DNA from: Camelus ferus
Taxonomy: Eukaryota
Assembly (NCBI RefSeq): GCF_009834535.1
Contig: NC_045696.1
Coordinates: forward strand, 107,076,001 to 107,140,000
DNA: 64,000 bases
Reading direction: 5' to 3'
Part shown: positions 12,970-24,235 of the stretch, piece after piece
Numbering within the stretch: position 1 is the stretch's first letter
How the letters are laid out: the number at the start of each line of letters is the position of its first letter
Position numbers and translations under genes: made by a program
The notes under the pieces: generated by a model
Database searches by the model: none
The model's input: only the letters and a program-made list of their open reading frames with translations
Told to the model about the DNA's origin: nothing

Positions 12970-13725
12970 CAACACACACACATCTCAACATGGAAAGATT
13001 TGGAAGATAAAATACTAAGTGAAAAAGCAACGAAAATGCTATGAATATTATGATACCATTAGATTTTTTTTTAATTAATGTTACTAGCAACACTGTAACA
13101 TTACAGTGTGGGGACTAAAGCCATAAAGTTCCTTTTTCTGAGGAAAGAGGAACATGAATGATACCAGGGAGGGGAATTCAAGGGGACTTAAATTTTATCT
13201 GTAAGATTCTATTTCTTTTTTTATTTTTTTATTGAAGTATAGTCAGTTTACAATGTGTCAGTTTCTGATGTACAGCATAATGTTTCAGTCATCCATATAC
13301 ATACAAATACTCCTTTTCATATTCTTTTTCATTATAGGTTACTACAAGATACGAATATAGTTCCCTGTGCTGTACAGAAGAAACTTGTTGTTTATCTATT
13401 TTATATACAGTAGTTAGTATTTGGAAATCTTGAACTCCCAATTTATCCCTTCCCATCCCTTTTCCCCCTTGGTAACCGTAAGTTTGTTTACTATGTCTGT
13501 GAGTCTGCTTCTGTTTTGTAGATAAGTTAATTCGTGCCTTTTTTTTTAACAGATTCCACATATGAGTGACATCATATGGTATTTTCATAAGGTTCTATTT
13601 CTTTTCAATGAGTTTTAAAACCTAAAGCAAAAAATGACTAAGTGCAAATATTAGTTAATTCTGGGTAGTGAGTACGCAAGCATTGATCTTACATTGATCT
13701 TTCTATTTTTCTGTACTTTTCTTTT
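12970..13725 (+). mobile_element. Ancient L1ME 3' UTR remnant (interrupted)
   Basis: caacatgga...aatactaagtgaaaaagcaa, tatgataccatt, ttaattctgggtagtgagtac. Confidence 0.65.
13220..13587 (-). mobile_element. Young 5'-truncated camelid-type L1 3' UTR
   Basis: Poly-T then attgaagtatagtcagtttacaatg; TSD TAAG(A/G)TTCTATTTCTTTT at 13202-13219 and 13588-13605. Confidence 0.93.
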
Positions 13726-13824
13726 CCAGGAAGGAAAGAGGGAAGGGATTAAAAAGAAAGACAAATGCTACAATCACCGCCTTTCCAAGGGCCTGGGCTG
13801 CAGGGCCAGGACAAGGACTTAGAT

Positions 13825-13985
13825 AAGAAAGTCTAAGTCCTTCAACTATTTTTCTTTTTCAGAATTGTTTTGGCTAGTATAGGTCATTTTATTTCCATTC
13901 AAACTTTAGAATTACTTTCCCAATCTCTACAACCTTGGTGGCTTTTCTAATGGGAGTGTATTAAATCTACAGATCAGTTTGAGCG
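13825..13985 (-). mobile_element. Old L1 ORF2 fragment
   Basis: ttctttttcagaattgttttggcta...ttccattcaaactttagaat...ttaaatctacagatcagtttg. Confidence 0.75.
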
Positions 13986-14261
13986 GTGCCCGCTCCGGCT
14001 GCCCACCTCCCAAACTAAGGCTTCTCTTCATCTTGTTCAATCCATGGCTCACAACGGAACACAACCATTCTGCAAGGTGCTTGTTTCGTTTTTCAAATAA
14101 AATCCCCTTCTAACGCTCAGCTTTTTTGCTTTCTCAACACAGTCCACTGAATTTGTGCTCCAAGAGCCCACGAGTAGGAAAGGTGTGTTACTTCCCTTTC
14201 ATGGCAGAAAACGGAGGCTCTGAAACAATGGTTTGGGAGAGGGCTTAGTAATTAAATCATT

Positions 14262-14274
14262 GTTAATCATTCAT
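14262..14274 (+). promoter_or_regulatory. HNF1-like motif in TE-free island
   Basis: GTTAATCATTCAT vs consensus GTTAATNATTAAC; motif match only. Confidence 0.3.
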
Positions 14275-16172
14275 ATTCTTACTTGATATAGCTATTACTT
14301 TAATAGAAAAAAAAATGTGAGTAACAACTGATTCTCTCTCACTCGCTCTCATCTGCATCCAGTAAAGCACCTCCAAGGCCAGAGACACCACCCTCACCTG
14401 CGGCAGCCACCTCCCAGGCAGGTGAGTGCTTAGGAGGAAATCAACAGGACTTAGAGCTGCGCTGTCAATATCACCTAAAGAGCACAGTAAACCTCACAGT
14501 GATGGAGGGGCTGTGGAGTGGGTGATGCTGAGAAGGCATTTGTTCCGTTCAACACAGAGATTTGCCCTTGGCCAGCAAAGGGCTTGCTAAATACTCAGCT
14601 TCAAGTGCGCGGTCACAGCTTCTGCAGAAAAGCCAAAAAGCTGAGCCTACAGATACCAATGCATATGGTCTCAGATAGACTCGAAATAGTTCATCATCAG
14701 ACTCTTTCATTTGATTTGGAACTGGAAGAATTGCAAAGAAGACAAAATGAAAGGTACTGGACAGTTATCCTTTCTCTATTAAAAAAAATAATAACTCTGA
14801 AGTTGGGTGAGAATGTTGTGTGCTTGGGTTCAGGTCAGTGCTTATATTCACTGACGCTTGATGGATTTCTGGCTTCAAATATTTTATCAAGACAATCCAC
14901 CTTGTAGCAATCTCCAAAGAAGACTGTGTGCCTCTATTAAGTCCGCAATTTGCTTTTTAAAAGTGACTAAATATGCTTTTTCACAACAACGACAAGTCAT
15001 CTCCCTCTTGGAGCCAACAGGGTTTGTCACCCAGCTTCCCTGGCTTTTCAAAGCCAGCCATCAAAAAGCAAAGGAAATGTCATGACTTTGGAGCGGTCAG
15101 AAAGCTCTTAAGTCGCAGTGCAGGCTATTTCTCCTTTTGTGGCACAGAAAAGAGTGGACAGACACAATGAATAAATAATCCCATTGTACTTACAAATGTG
15201 TAACAATCCTTCCAAACGAGGTGAGGAACAAAGATCGGAGATAGCAGAGCAGCCTGGGTCTGAGCAGAACAGCTTGCAATCCCAGGGCCTAAACTGCTTT
15301 TGCAAACAAACACACACACAGCAACCACGAGGAAAATAAAAATTAAAAATGGCATCCGATTCAGAACGCCAAGAGGCTCAGCCTAAACGGCCTTCTGCAT
15401 AATTCACTTTGGACACCTTCAGCGTTGGTGGCTCAAAGGCAGCTGGTCTGGGCCAAGGTTAACACCTTAAACCATTCAAAATAACTGACTTTGAAAGAAT
15501 CATCAGGGTCACCGGCTGTTGTTAAAAACACCTCTTCATCATTTTTACTTCGCCACGGCCTTGCCTTTCCCTTTGAAAAAGTTTCGTGGTTTTATGTCCT
15601 AGCATTTGTCCAAGGCTTCAGTTTTTCATCCCTGGTGCCTGCAGCCACCCCTTCCCCGCCTTGAACTGCAGAATCCAGGGACGAACAGCAGAGCGTGTGA
15701 TCACCGGGAGGCGCAGCAGAGGCGGTCTGATGCGGGACAGAGCCCAGGGGGCCACAGATCCGGGTGGGTACATCTCAAGCCAGAGATTCGAGAGTTCACA
15801 GCAACACAGGGAACTCCAGGAACTCAGAACTTCAAATGGCCTCAGAGAATCGACAGCTGCAAACTTTTAGTTATGTTTTTAAAGAACGTAGATGGGGGGA
15901 TGCAGCTTGGCAGATCAAAAAAAAAATCTCCTATTATTAAGATAGAAAGGAGATTCTGTACATAGAAAAGGGGTTTTTATTTCCTCTGCACAAGATCAAA
16001 AGAGTGTTTTCTTACTTTGTAGGCAAAATAAAGGAAAGTTTGAAAATCAGGATTATTAAGCATGGGACCAAGATTGCCTAGTATTTGTCTCCAGGACGGA
16101 AGGGGACGTGGGGCCTTATTGCCTCCCTACACACTTAGTGTTCTTCTTAAATCATACCTGGCTACCAGATTT

Positions 16173-16187
16173 GACGCCCCCTGATGT
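16173..16187 (-). promoter_or_regulatory. CTCF-like motif
   Basis: Minus strand ACATCAGGGGGCGTC vs core CCASYAGRKGGCRS; motif match only. Confidence 0.35.
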
Positions 16188-16292
16188 AGATGAGCATCTG
16201 TCCTAAGCAGACAAAACACTATGTTTCACCACTTTCCTTCAACAAAGTTCAAAGAATTGTATTTAATACTAGATATGATATTGTTCTTTCTT

Positions 16293-16460
16293 CCATTGAT
16301 TAATTTATTGATTTTTTTAGATCAATAAATATTTATTAAGTACCTTCTTAAGTCCAGGCACTGCACTGGGTATAATATAAAATTATACATAGTTTTTGTT
16401 GTCGTATGTAATTGTGAAGAAGACCCCGTCTTTGTCTTCTCGGAGTTTACGACCTCAGAC
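16293..16460 (-). mobile_element. L2 3' tail
   Basis: tcaataaatatttattaagtacct...ccaggcactgcactggg. Confidence 0.75.
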
Positions 16461-16747
16461 TGCGTCAGAAGAGAGAGAGGATGTTGCGCGTGGCAGTGTT
16501 AAAACCCTTAGCAGCCAGTCAGGATAAGAGGCCTCTCAAAATTAGATACACAAATGGCTATTCGTGTAAGATTCGTGAAAGGTTTTCCCCAGGCCCCAGG
16601 TTCCTCCTTGGACTGTTTTTGGCTTCTTCTTTGTCCAGTTCCATGAAGGTTTCATCCTGAGCTGCTGCCAGAGTCCCGACTGCCTCCGGGAAACAATGAG
16701 CCTGAACTTCATTAAGTCAGTGGAGAAGATTATAAATACGTCATATA

Positions 16748-16865
16748 CTTGCAGTTCCCAAACCGTGTGCTGGAGGACCCCAGAGTGCTATAATAAACAC
16801 ATACAGATATTTTAAATTTTCAAAGGGAACATAGGGACATATGTCTGGCACTGTGAAAACTATTA
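16748..16865 (+). mobile_element. Charlie4-like hAT transposon 5' end
   Basis: gttcccaaaccgtgtgc...gatattttaaattttcaaagggaaca matches the recalled Charlie4 terminus. Confidence 0.6.
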
Positions 16866-17046
16866 TTACCACATTGTGTGTATAGACAGAAAGGAAGTTT
16901 TTTTTTTTTAATTTCTTATACCCATACAGTTCACAACCATAAAATGTGTTAACATTTTTCTTCCGAACTACATTATCATTAGTTATTAGATAGTTACTTG
17001 GAGCAACATAAATATATTATGTATTTTGATATATAATCATTAAATA

Positions 17047-17600
17047 TACTGTATTTCACTGAATCTAACACATTACTTTTTACAAGACACATTCTTATAC
17101 ATACCTAGAGGGGGAAAAAACATCCTGCCAATTAACCATGATGCAAGGCTTTCTGATCATTTTGAAATTTTTTTAGATTTATTGGGAGATCTTTTTTTTT
17201 TTTAATTTTTAGACATAGATTTTAAATATACACCATGCTGGTACATTCATAAAAAGGATAATATACGTGAAATAAATTGGCTATGGTTCTCCTATAACAT
17301 CTTCACATTTTGAGCCCAGCTCTTCTGAATCACTTTTCAAATGAGACATTAATGTTTTCTACCCAATATCATCCTCTGTGCCAGGAAGAACGCAGGGGAA
17401 GCAACATTTCTTATTGATGTTCCACTATCATCTCTGGGATTTTCTTCCAGCAGGACAGCATTCTGTAAGTTTTCATTCTGGAGTTTTCTTATTTGAAATT
17501 GTCAGGCAATAAAACCACTTCATGACCGAGACCTAACTGAAGGAATTATAAGGTGCCATTGATGGTGAGACACGCCTTGATTTCAGGCACAATGAATGCT
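17047..17600. mobile_element. TcMar-Tigger-type DNA transposon fossil (Tigger13/14-like)
   Basis: tactgtatttcactgaatctaacac terminus and taaggtgccattgatggtgagacac repeat of the subterminal motif; subfamily uncertain. Confidence 0.55.
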
Positions 17601-19526
17601 CTCCTAGACATAATAATTATGTCTTAAACGTTTCTTTGGTAAAAAGGGAGGCACAGGTCAGGGACAAGGGACTCACATCAATTTGGATGAAAGTGAAGAA
17701 TCAGAAACCAGCTGAGTAGCGAGAGGACTTTCGACCCCATCATCAAAGCCAGTCACTCTCTCAAGGCTGCACCTTTGGTTTGTTGCCCCCGGAAGTTTAT
17801 CCATCATGAGGCAAAGTCGGGAGGGAGGTATGCCAATGTTTTCTAACGTGAGAGTGGGAGGCGAGATGAGAAAGGAGAATCTGTAGACCTCAGGGATGTC
17901 CTCAAGCAGATAAATAGCAGGAAAAAAGACATGTGGAGTCTGGGCAGCTAAACTATCCGTGCGCCTTCATGCCACATGGAAGGTCTCTGGGTGTCCCCAG
18001 CAGGGACACATTCACTGGCCTGAGGACTACAGCACCAGACTGACTTGAGGTCACAAGGGCGGGGAAGTGAACTATTGTAGAGGTCTGGTCCAGGATGGAC
18101 GGACTGCCTCACTGCTCCTAGCTTAGGACTCCCTTAAGGAAGCCACTAGGTCTTAAGAGAGGCCTCAGATCCCAGACGCACCATGATCCGCCGAGCTGGA
18201 TGGATGCCAGCTTCTTCCTCCATCCCATGGGCCAAGCAACCAAAACTGAGACAAGAGAAGAACCCCTCCTGGTTCTTTAGCCAGACAAATATCGGTATCT
18301 TCCCCTCTACAGAGCGCTCCCTTGCTTCTGTCACAGTTTTTGTTCCAAAGACCCGTCACATAAACATCTAGCCAGGGAGCGTGCCTAGATGCTTATGAAA
18401 ATGCATGATGTTTTTAAAATGTTCTTCTGTGCTCTAATCCCCCTTTAAAATTAATGTTCCTAATTTCTGGGACTGTGGAGATAGGATCTCAGCCATCTGC
18501 CCCTGCTGGTTCCTACTTCATCCTCTGATTAAACAAAGGGTGGGTGAAGGCCCAGGGGTTTTCTTTCAGAGGGGCCCGTATATTCTTCGAAGTCCTCATT
18601 GAGGAATAGGATTTTTGTTTGCAAACTGATATTTTTTAACTAAATGAGTAAACTGTCTTCCTCATCACTTCTTTAATAGAGAACTGGGAAAGAGCCTCCC
18701 CAGTCGTCTGTCACTTTCCCATCCCCACAATTTCAGACTTGACTTCTCCCCAGCAGCTCCCTGCCTCTATCAGAATAGTACTCCTGTGTCTGCTCAAACC
18801 TGTCTGCGTCCTCGTCATCTGTCTGTTACATCCTGTATCTACAGCGATGCCCCCTGACCTCTCAACTTCTCTGAGCACTGAAGCAATGGCACTGAGAAAC
18901 ATGAAATAAAATAGAGAGCATCCTGTCGAATTCTGAAAGTGAATATTCCATGGACACTATGTCAGCAGGTTCAAGTTTTCACAAGCCACAAAATCAGGTT
19001 GACCAAAAGAGATATGACTTCCTTTTCTATATCTCCACTTGGTTTGAGCCCCGCCCCCTTTCCATTTGACAGCAGCCAACAATTTAGTCACATCCAGGGA
19101 GTTCAAATTAGTGATCATGTGGCCATTTTAAGTTTAACTCAGTCAAATGGTGTGTGTCCCTCCTCCTCCACCCCATCTCACTCCCCTACCCCTCTCTGCA
19201 TCCCCTTCTGATTCAGGGTAGCAGCTAAATTCCAGAGATAGCACCGAAGTCCAGGATGTGGGAGTGGGCATGGAGGGGGCCTCTGGCCCACAGTCATCCT
19301 CGCCCATCTGCTAGCACCCACCAGCATGAGCAATTCTCCCTTTATCAGCCATTTATGTGCTTCTCCTAGGGACATGGGGACTTTCTGATGCTTTCCCAGT
19401 GGGAAGATACTCCCATGCCATTGTGGCCTGGGGAATATCAGCAAGGATGCCACTTCTGAAGTCCCAGAGATGAGTAGGTTACAAGTCATTACTATTCTTG
19501 GAAATCCAAATTTAAAGGAATTTGGA

Positions 19527-19666
19527 GGGGGAGGGTATAACTCAGTGTAGAGTGCATGCCTAGCATGTACAGGGTCCTGGGTTCGATCCCCAGTACCTCC
19601 ATTAAATAAACAGAGAAATCTAATTACCTCCCCTCCTAAATATATATATATGTATATGTATATATA
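19527..19666 (+). mobile_element. Vic-1-like SINE with (TA)n tail
   Basis: GGGGGAGGGTATAACTCAGTG...GGTTCGATCCCCAGTACCTCCATTAAA...TAATTACCTCCCC. Confidence 0.92.
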
Positions 19667-19847
19667 GGAGATTCTAGGTACCCCCTGAACCCACGTCAAG
19701 GGAAAGAATGGCACTCCCATTTCTAACCCTCTAGTTTTTCCCACAACTCAATCTCCAGACCTTAGGATCTTTCACTTAAGGCACCAGTTCTCAATGGGAG
19801 TGGCACTGCCCCCACAACAATCTTGAAAACTTGTCAGGGCAGCTCCC

Positions 19848-20903
19848 AAAAACATTTTCAAAGTTTTCAAATAGCTGGAAGAGTTATAAGAATAGAACAA
19901 TAATTATCCAGATGATCAAGAAATTCACAATCTGATAGTCAGATGTCCCCAGTTACCCCAATAATGTTCCTTTTTTTAAGATTTTTATTGATTTATAATC
20001 ATTTTACAATGTTGTGTCAAATTCCAGTGTAAAGCCCAATTTTTCAGTTATTCATGGACATATACACACTCATTGTCACATTTTTTTCTCTGTGAGTTAT
20101 CATAAGATCTTGTGTATATTTCCCTGTGCTATACAGTATAATCTTGTTTATCTATTCTACAATTTTGAAATCCCATCTATCCCTTCCCACCCCCTGCCCC
20201 CTTGGCAACCACAAGTTTGTATTCTATGTTTATGAGTCCATTTCTGTTTTGTATTTATGCTTTGTTTGTTTTTGTTTTGTTTTTGTTTTTGTTTTTGTTT
20301 TAGATTCCACATATGAGCAATTTCATGTGGTATTTTTCTTTCTCTTTCTGGCTTATTTCACTTAGAATGACATTTTCCAGGAGCATCCATCTTGCTGCAA
20401 ATGGCGTTATGTTGTCAGTTTTTATGGCTGAATAGTATTCCATTGTATAAATGTACCACATCTTCTTTATCCAGTCATCTGTTGATAGACATTTAGGCTG
20501 TTTCCATGTCTTGGCTATTGTAAATAGTGCTGCTATGAACATTGGGGTGCAGATGTCATTCTGAAGTAGGGTTCTTTCTGGATATATGCCCAGGAGCGGG
20601 ATTCCTGGGTCATACAGTTAAGTCTATTCCTAGTCTTTTAAGGAATCTCCATACTGTTTTCCACAATGGCTTCACCAAACTGCATTCCCACCAGCAGTGT
20701 AGGAGGGTTCCCCTTTCTCCACAGCCTCTCCAGCATTTGTCACTTGTGGATTTTTGAATGATGGCCATTCTGACTGGTGTGAGGTGATACCTCATAATAA
20801 TGTTCTTTATAGTTCTTTTTTAGATCCATCCAAGATTCAGTTAAGAATCATACATGGAACTGAGGTGTCAAATTCCCTCAATCTCCTTTAAACTAAAATA
20901 TTT
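19848..20903 (-). mobile_element. Old L1MC-like 3' end, host of the young L1
   Basis: cagttaccccaataatgttc...tttatag...caagattcagttaagaatcatacat...tctcctttaa. Confidence 0.6.
19971..20795 (-). mobile_element. Young camelid-type L1 (ORF2 C-terminus plus 3' UTR)
   Basis: ORFs [13 protein letters not shown].../[18 protein letters not shown]...; TSD AATAATGTTC at 19960-19969 and 20796-20805. Confidence 0.95.
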
Positions 20904-21045
20904 CCGGCACCCAGTGGGCAAGAGGCAAGAATAGCAGTCCTCTGACGATGCATGGGACAGTCTCACCAGCAAAGAATTGTTCTGTCCCATGGGACTTTTG
21001 AATATTTCTCCAGACATTCATGTCAGTTTTAAAAATTGTTTATAA

Positions 21046-21257
21046 GATAGGAAGAAACTTTTGGAAGCAATAGACTTGCTTAAGTCATAGATTGTGGTAA
21101 TGGTTTCAAGGGTATCTACTCATCTCCAAATTTGTCAGTTGTGTTATTAAATACACTCAGCTTTGTGTATGTCAATCACACTTCATTAATGTATTTTTAA
21201 AGCAAATAATAATACTAAACTATAAATGAAAAAATTTTAATAAGTAAAATTAAAAAT
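21046..21257 (+). mobile_element. Old L1M (L1MC/MD-like) 3' tail
   Basis: aaacttttggaag...gattgtggtaatggtttcaagggtat...tgtatgtcaatcacacttca plus A-rich tail. Confidence 0.75.
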
Positions 21258-21789
21258 AGCCTGTAATTATCCACATCTAGAGCCTAATTCTATTTTACAT
21301 ATAAACACAAAGGAATTTTTGCACACTTTAAATATACACTGAATTTTGAGAAACAGCATCAGTGTTGTAAATTAAGGGAAGGCTGTACTCTGTTTTGTCA
21401 GAAATTTTTTCAAGAGTTCATTTCAAAGAAGTATATTACTAATGGCAATGCTTCTTATAGTAATTGTCACCAGATGACACGTCTATATCAGTCTGTGTTC
21501 AAAGCTGTCACTTTCACAGTGATTCTATGATCAAGTTCAAGCCTAGAGCTACATTATTATATCCTCTACTGTAGTCATGTTCAAGTACTTAAACATTGAA
21601 ATGTGTGTTTAATTTTAAGTTGTTTTCATTTTATTTCTCCTTTATATTCAGAGAGGGCACTATATTGGGGTTTTTTGTTTGTTTGTTTGTTTTTGTTTTT
21701 TACGTAGGTAGTTTATAATTTCTATTCCTTTTATTTCAGGATAATAAGGGGAACTTGCAAGGTAGCCATTGTAAAGAGGGGTTTCAAAC

Positions 21790-22118
21790 AAATAGTTAAA
21801 AATGTTTAAGTTAATCAGGGAACTGTGAACACAGTAATTAGGGAATTACCATTAATTATCTTTAGCTGTAATCATCGTATTAGGGTTATGTTTTCTAACA
21901 GAGCCTTTTATTTTAAAAGATCGCATACAGAAGTATTTGCAGATTAAACGCTATGATTTGCTTTGAAATAGGGTGTAGAGTGAGTCAGGTAGAGATGAAA
22001 CAAGATGCACCACGGATCAAAAATTGTTGAAGCTGGGTGATGGGTACATGAGGCTCGTTTTACTATTATCTCATCTGCTGTAAATGAAATGTTCGGTAAA
22101 AGAAAGGTTGAATTAAAG
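21790..22118 (+). mobile_element. Old L1MC-like 3' end
   Basis: catacagaagtatttgcagat...gatttgcttt...gatgaaacaagat...attgttgaagctgggtgatgggtacatg. Confidence 0.75.
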
Positions 22119-22615
22119 GAAAAGGGAGCCTGCTGGGTCCTGTGAGGGTGACAACCACTGGTTTTTGGTGAACTCTATATTCCGTTTTCTTTAGGGCTTA
22201 GCTTTTTGAAGTTTAAAAAAAAACAAAGAATTGACTCTTTTGTCTATGTTTTTTGTGTCCTCTTTCAGTGAAAGTGGAAGACTGTTCAGGATGGAGGAGA
22301 AAGGCCACTTGGAGAAGGGTGGGGGCAGTGAGGATAGGAGAGACTGGGAACAACATGGTGGGGAGGGAGGAAACCTTGGAAAATATCCATCGTCCCATGA
22401 GGCCACCTCTGAGCATCCCAAATGCCCTCTCCTGCTGACAGCAGCAATTCCACTGGTGTGAGGTATTTCAGACCAGCAGCAATGCGGACAAGTACAAAGG
22501 GATGGCTTCTGCCCCCTCCCAGCCAGACCTCCTTCTGGCCTTCTGAAAGATTCCTCTTCCTCTCCACTGGTTTCTAATTCCGTTTCTCAAAGATGGAGCC
22601 AGCTCTGGGGTGTGG

Positions 22616-22745
22616 CATTCATTGACAAGCACGTCCTAGGTGCCAGGCTGCAACCTGTAGGGGCAGAGAACACGCCAGGTCACAATTGCTTCCGGGAACC
22701 CAGGTCTAGTAGGGGCGATGTTTGTGCAAAGGAGCTGCTGGTGAT
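22616..22745 (-). mobile_element. L2 3' tail fragment
   Basis: cattcattgacaagcacgtcctaggtgccagg...ggtctagtagggg. Confidence 0.6.
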
Positions 22746-23799
22746 TGGGACACAAAGCAGAAACACTGTCTCCTCAGGTGCTGAGCTTTGTGAAATTGTA
22801 AATATGATGCATTTACATACAGAACAACCTTGCCTGGAGCTCCCCCAGGTGCCCAACCTCCTCCAGGCGCCAAAACTGAATTCAATTTAACTCAATTACT
22901 GTTTACCAAACACCTACCCTGTAGGTAGGAACTACCTTTCTGGCACTGCCTTTCAGAAATATTCTTCCCAAGACCTACCTGTTTTAACTTTCTCCCCGGT
23001 CTCATCTCTCTGATCCTTCTCACTTTTTTTTATTTGTGTTTCAGCATCTCCTACCCTGGACAGAGCAACATTTAGAGCGGTTTCTAGCCTAACATAGTTG
23101 CCTTCTAGACAGTTTCTGGTTCATTTCAATGTAACATTAAAATAAAATTTAAAAAACTTTCATTAAAACCAGATTTGAAAAAAAAAACACACACACACAA
23201 CAACAACAAAAACAAACAAACAGAAACACAGCAATGTACACAGCAGGGAGGAGGGGCATGTCCATCACGCCCTCTCTGAAAGAGACCAAGAGCGCCTTGA
23301 TCCCTCCTGTTTTTCCAGCTTATGACCCCCCACCCCCCACCCCGGCCTGCTTTTCTCCTCCCGGGCAGAGCCCACCGGCAGTTATCAGAACCGCCTCCTT
23401 TGCTTCCAGCTCTTCCATTGCGCCTGCGCAAAACCCAGCCCCTCATCAGTCCCACCATCTGCCTGAGACCTGACCCTCTCCAGGCCAAGGTCTCTTCTTC
23501 CTGGTCTGTGCTCCTTCACCTGTTCCGTCAGCAGCTCTCTCACCAGCTCCTCTCAGCGAAAAGCCTACCTGACTAGTGGGGAAGAGGGAGCGAACTGGGA
23601 GTGAAGGGGCTCAAAGCACAGCTCCCGCACCCGCAGAGCCAGCCCAGTGTGAGGTGCCCTCCTCCTGCACAAGGCCAGCGCCCTCCCCAAACCGGGGTCC
23701 AGAGCCCCCGCCTCCTGGACCCTTCCCTGGATTCATCCTTCCCATCTCCAGTGCACTGAGGGTTCCCGCCATGTCCTCTCTCCTCAGTCAGTCACACCT

Positions 23800-24235
23800 C
23801 CCTTTGGCCTTCACTTCCTTGCCTCCCGTTTTACACTGAAACCTGGTCCCTGCCACCTCAGATCACAGAGCTGCTCGCACAAAGCCCACCATGGCTTCTA
23901 TGGCCGCATCCACAGGCTCTGCCCTGGCCTGACCAGCGGCAGAGTGGAACTTCCTGCTGAGTTCCATTGTTTTGCAGTAGTGCCGCCTCATACTTCCTTC
24001 CCTGGCCACCTCGGACTCCCCCTTCCACACTCAACTAATAATGTTCCTCCCAGGAGCTCCCCTGAACCCCCAGGTTCACCTGTGTGCCCCTCCTCTGGCC
24101 CCCCCATCTTAACATTCATTATATGTTTGGGGGTCTTTCCTGGAGGGCAGGGACTGGGTCTCACTCTCTTGCATTCCTCCAGGGCCCAGCCCAGGGTCTG
24201 GTACCGGATAAGCCAGGTGTTTGCTGGGCTGAGCC
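23800..24235 (+). mobile_element. Degenerate L2 3' region
   Basis: ctggagggcagggactgggtctcactc...cccagcccagggtctggtac...tgtttgctgggctga. Confidence 0.55.

Larger units (their letters stand above)
19783..22160 (+). mobile_element. MER20B hAT-Charlie element in four pieces (about 19783-19840, 20905-21045, 21258-21785, 22120-22160)
   Basis: Ends ccagttctcaatggg... and ...gagggtgacaaccactg; internal ttttacatataaacacaaag, ttttatttctcctttatatt, atttcaggataataagggg match the recalled MER20B order. Confidence 0.8.

Noticed and set aside
14518..14907. 129-aa ORF in the unique island
   Set aside because: Starts at GTG, no recognisable homology, no supporting splice structure; ORFs of this length are expected by chance.
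19178..19744. 188-aa ORF, the longest in the track
   Set aside because: Reads through an antisense SINE and a (TA)n tail, so it is spurious.
23326..23343. G-quadruplex candidates (also about 26293-26311 and 34043-34072)
   Set aside because: Only three clear G tracts or an over-long loop; such sequences are common by chance.
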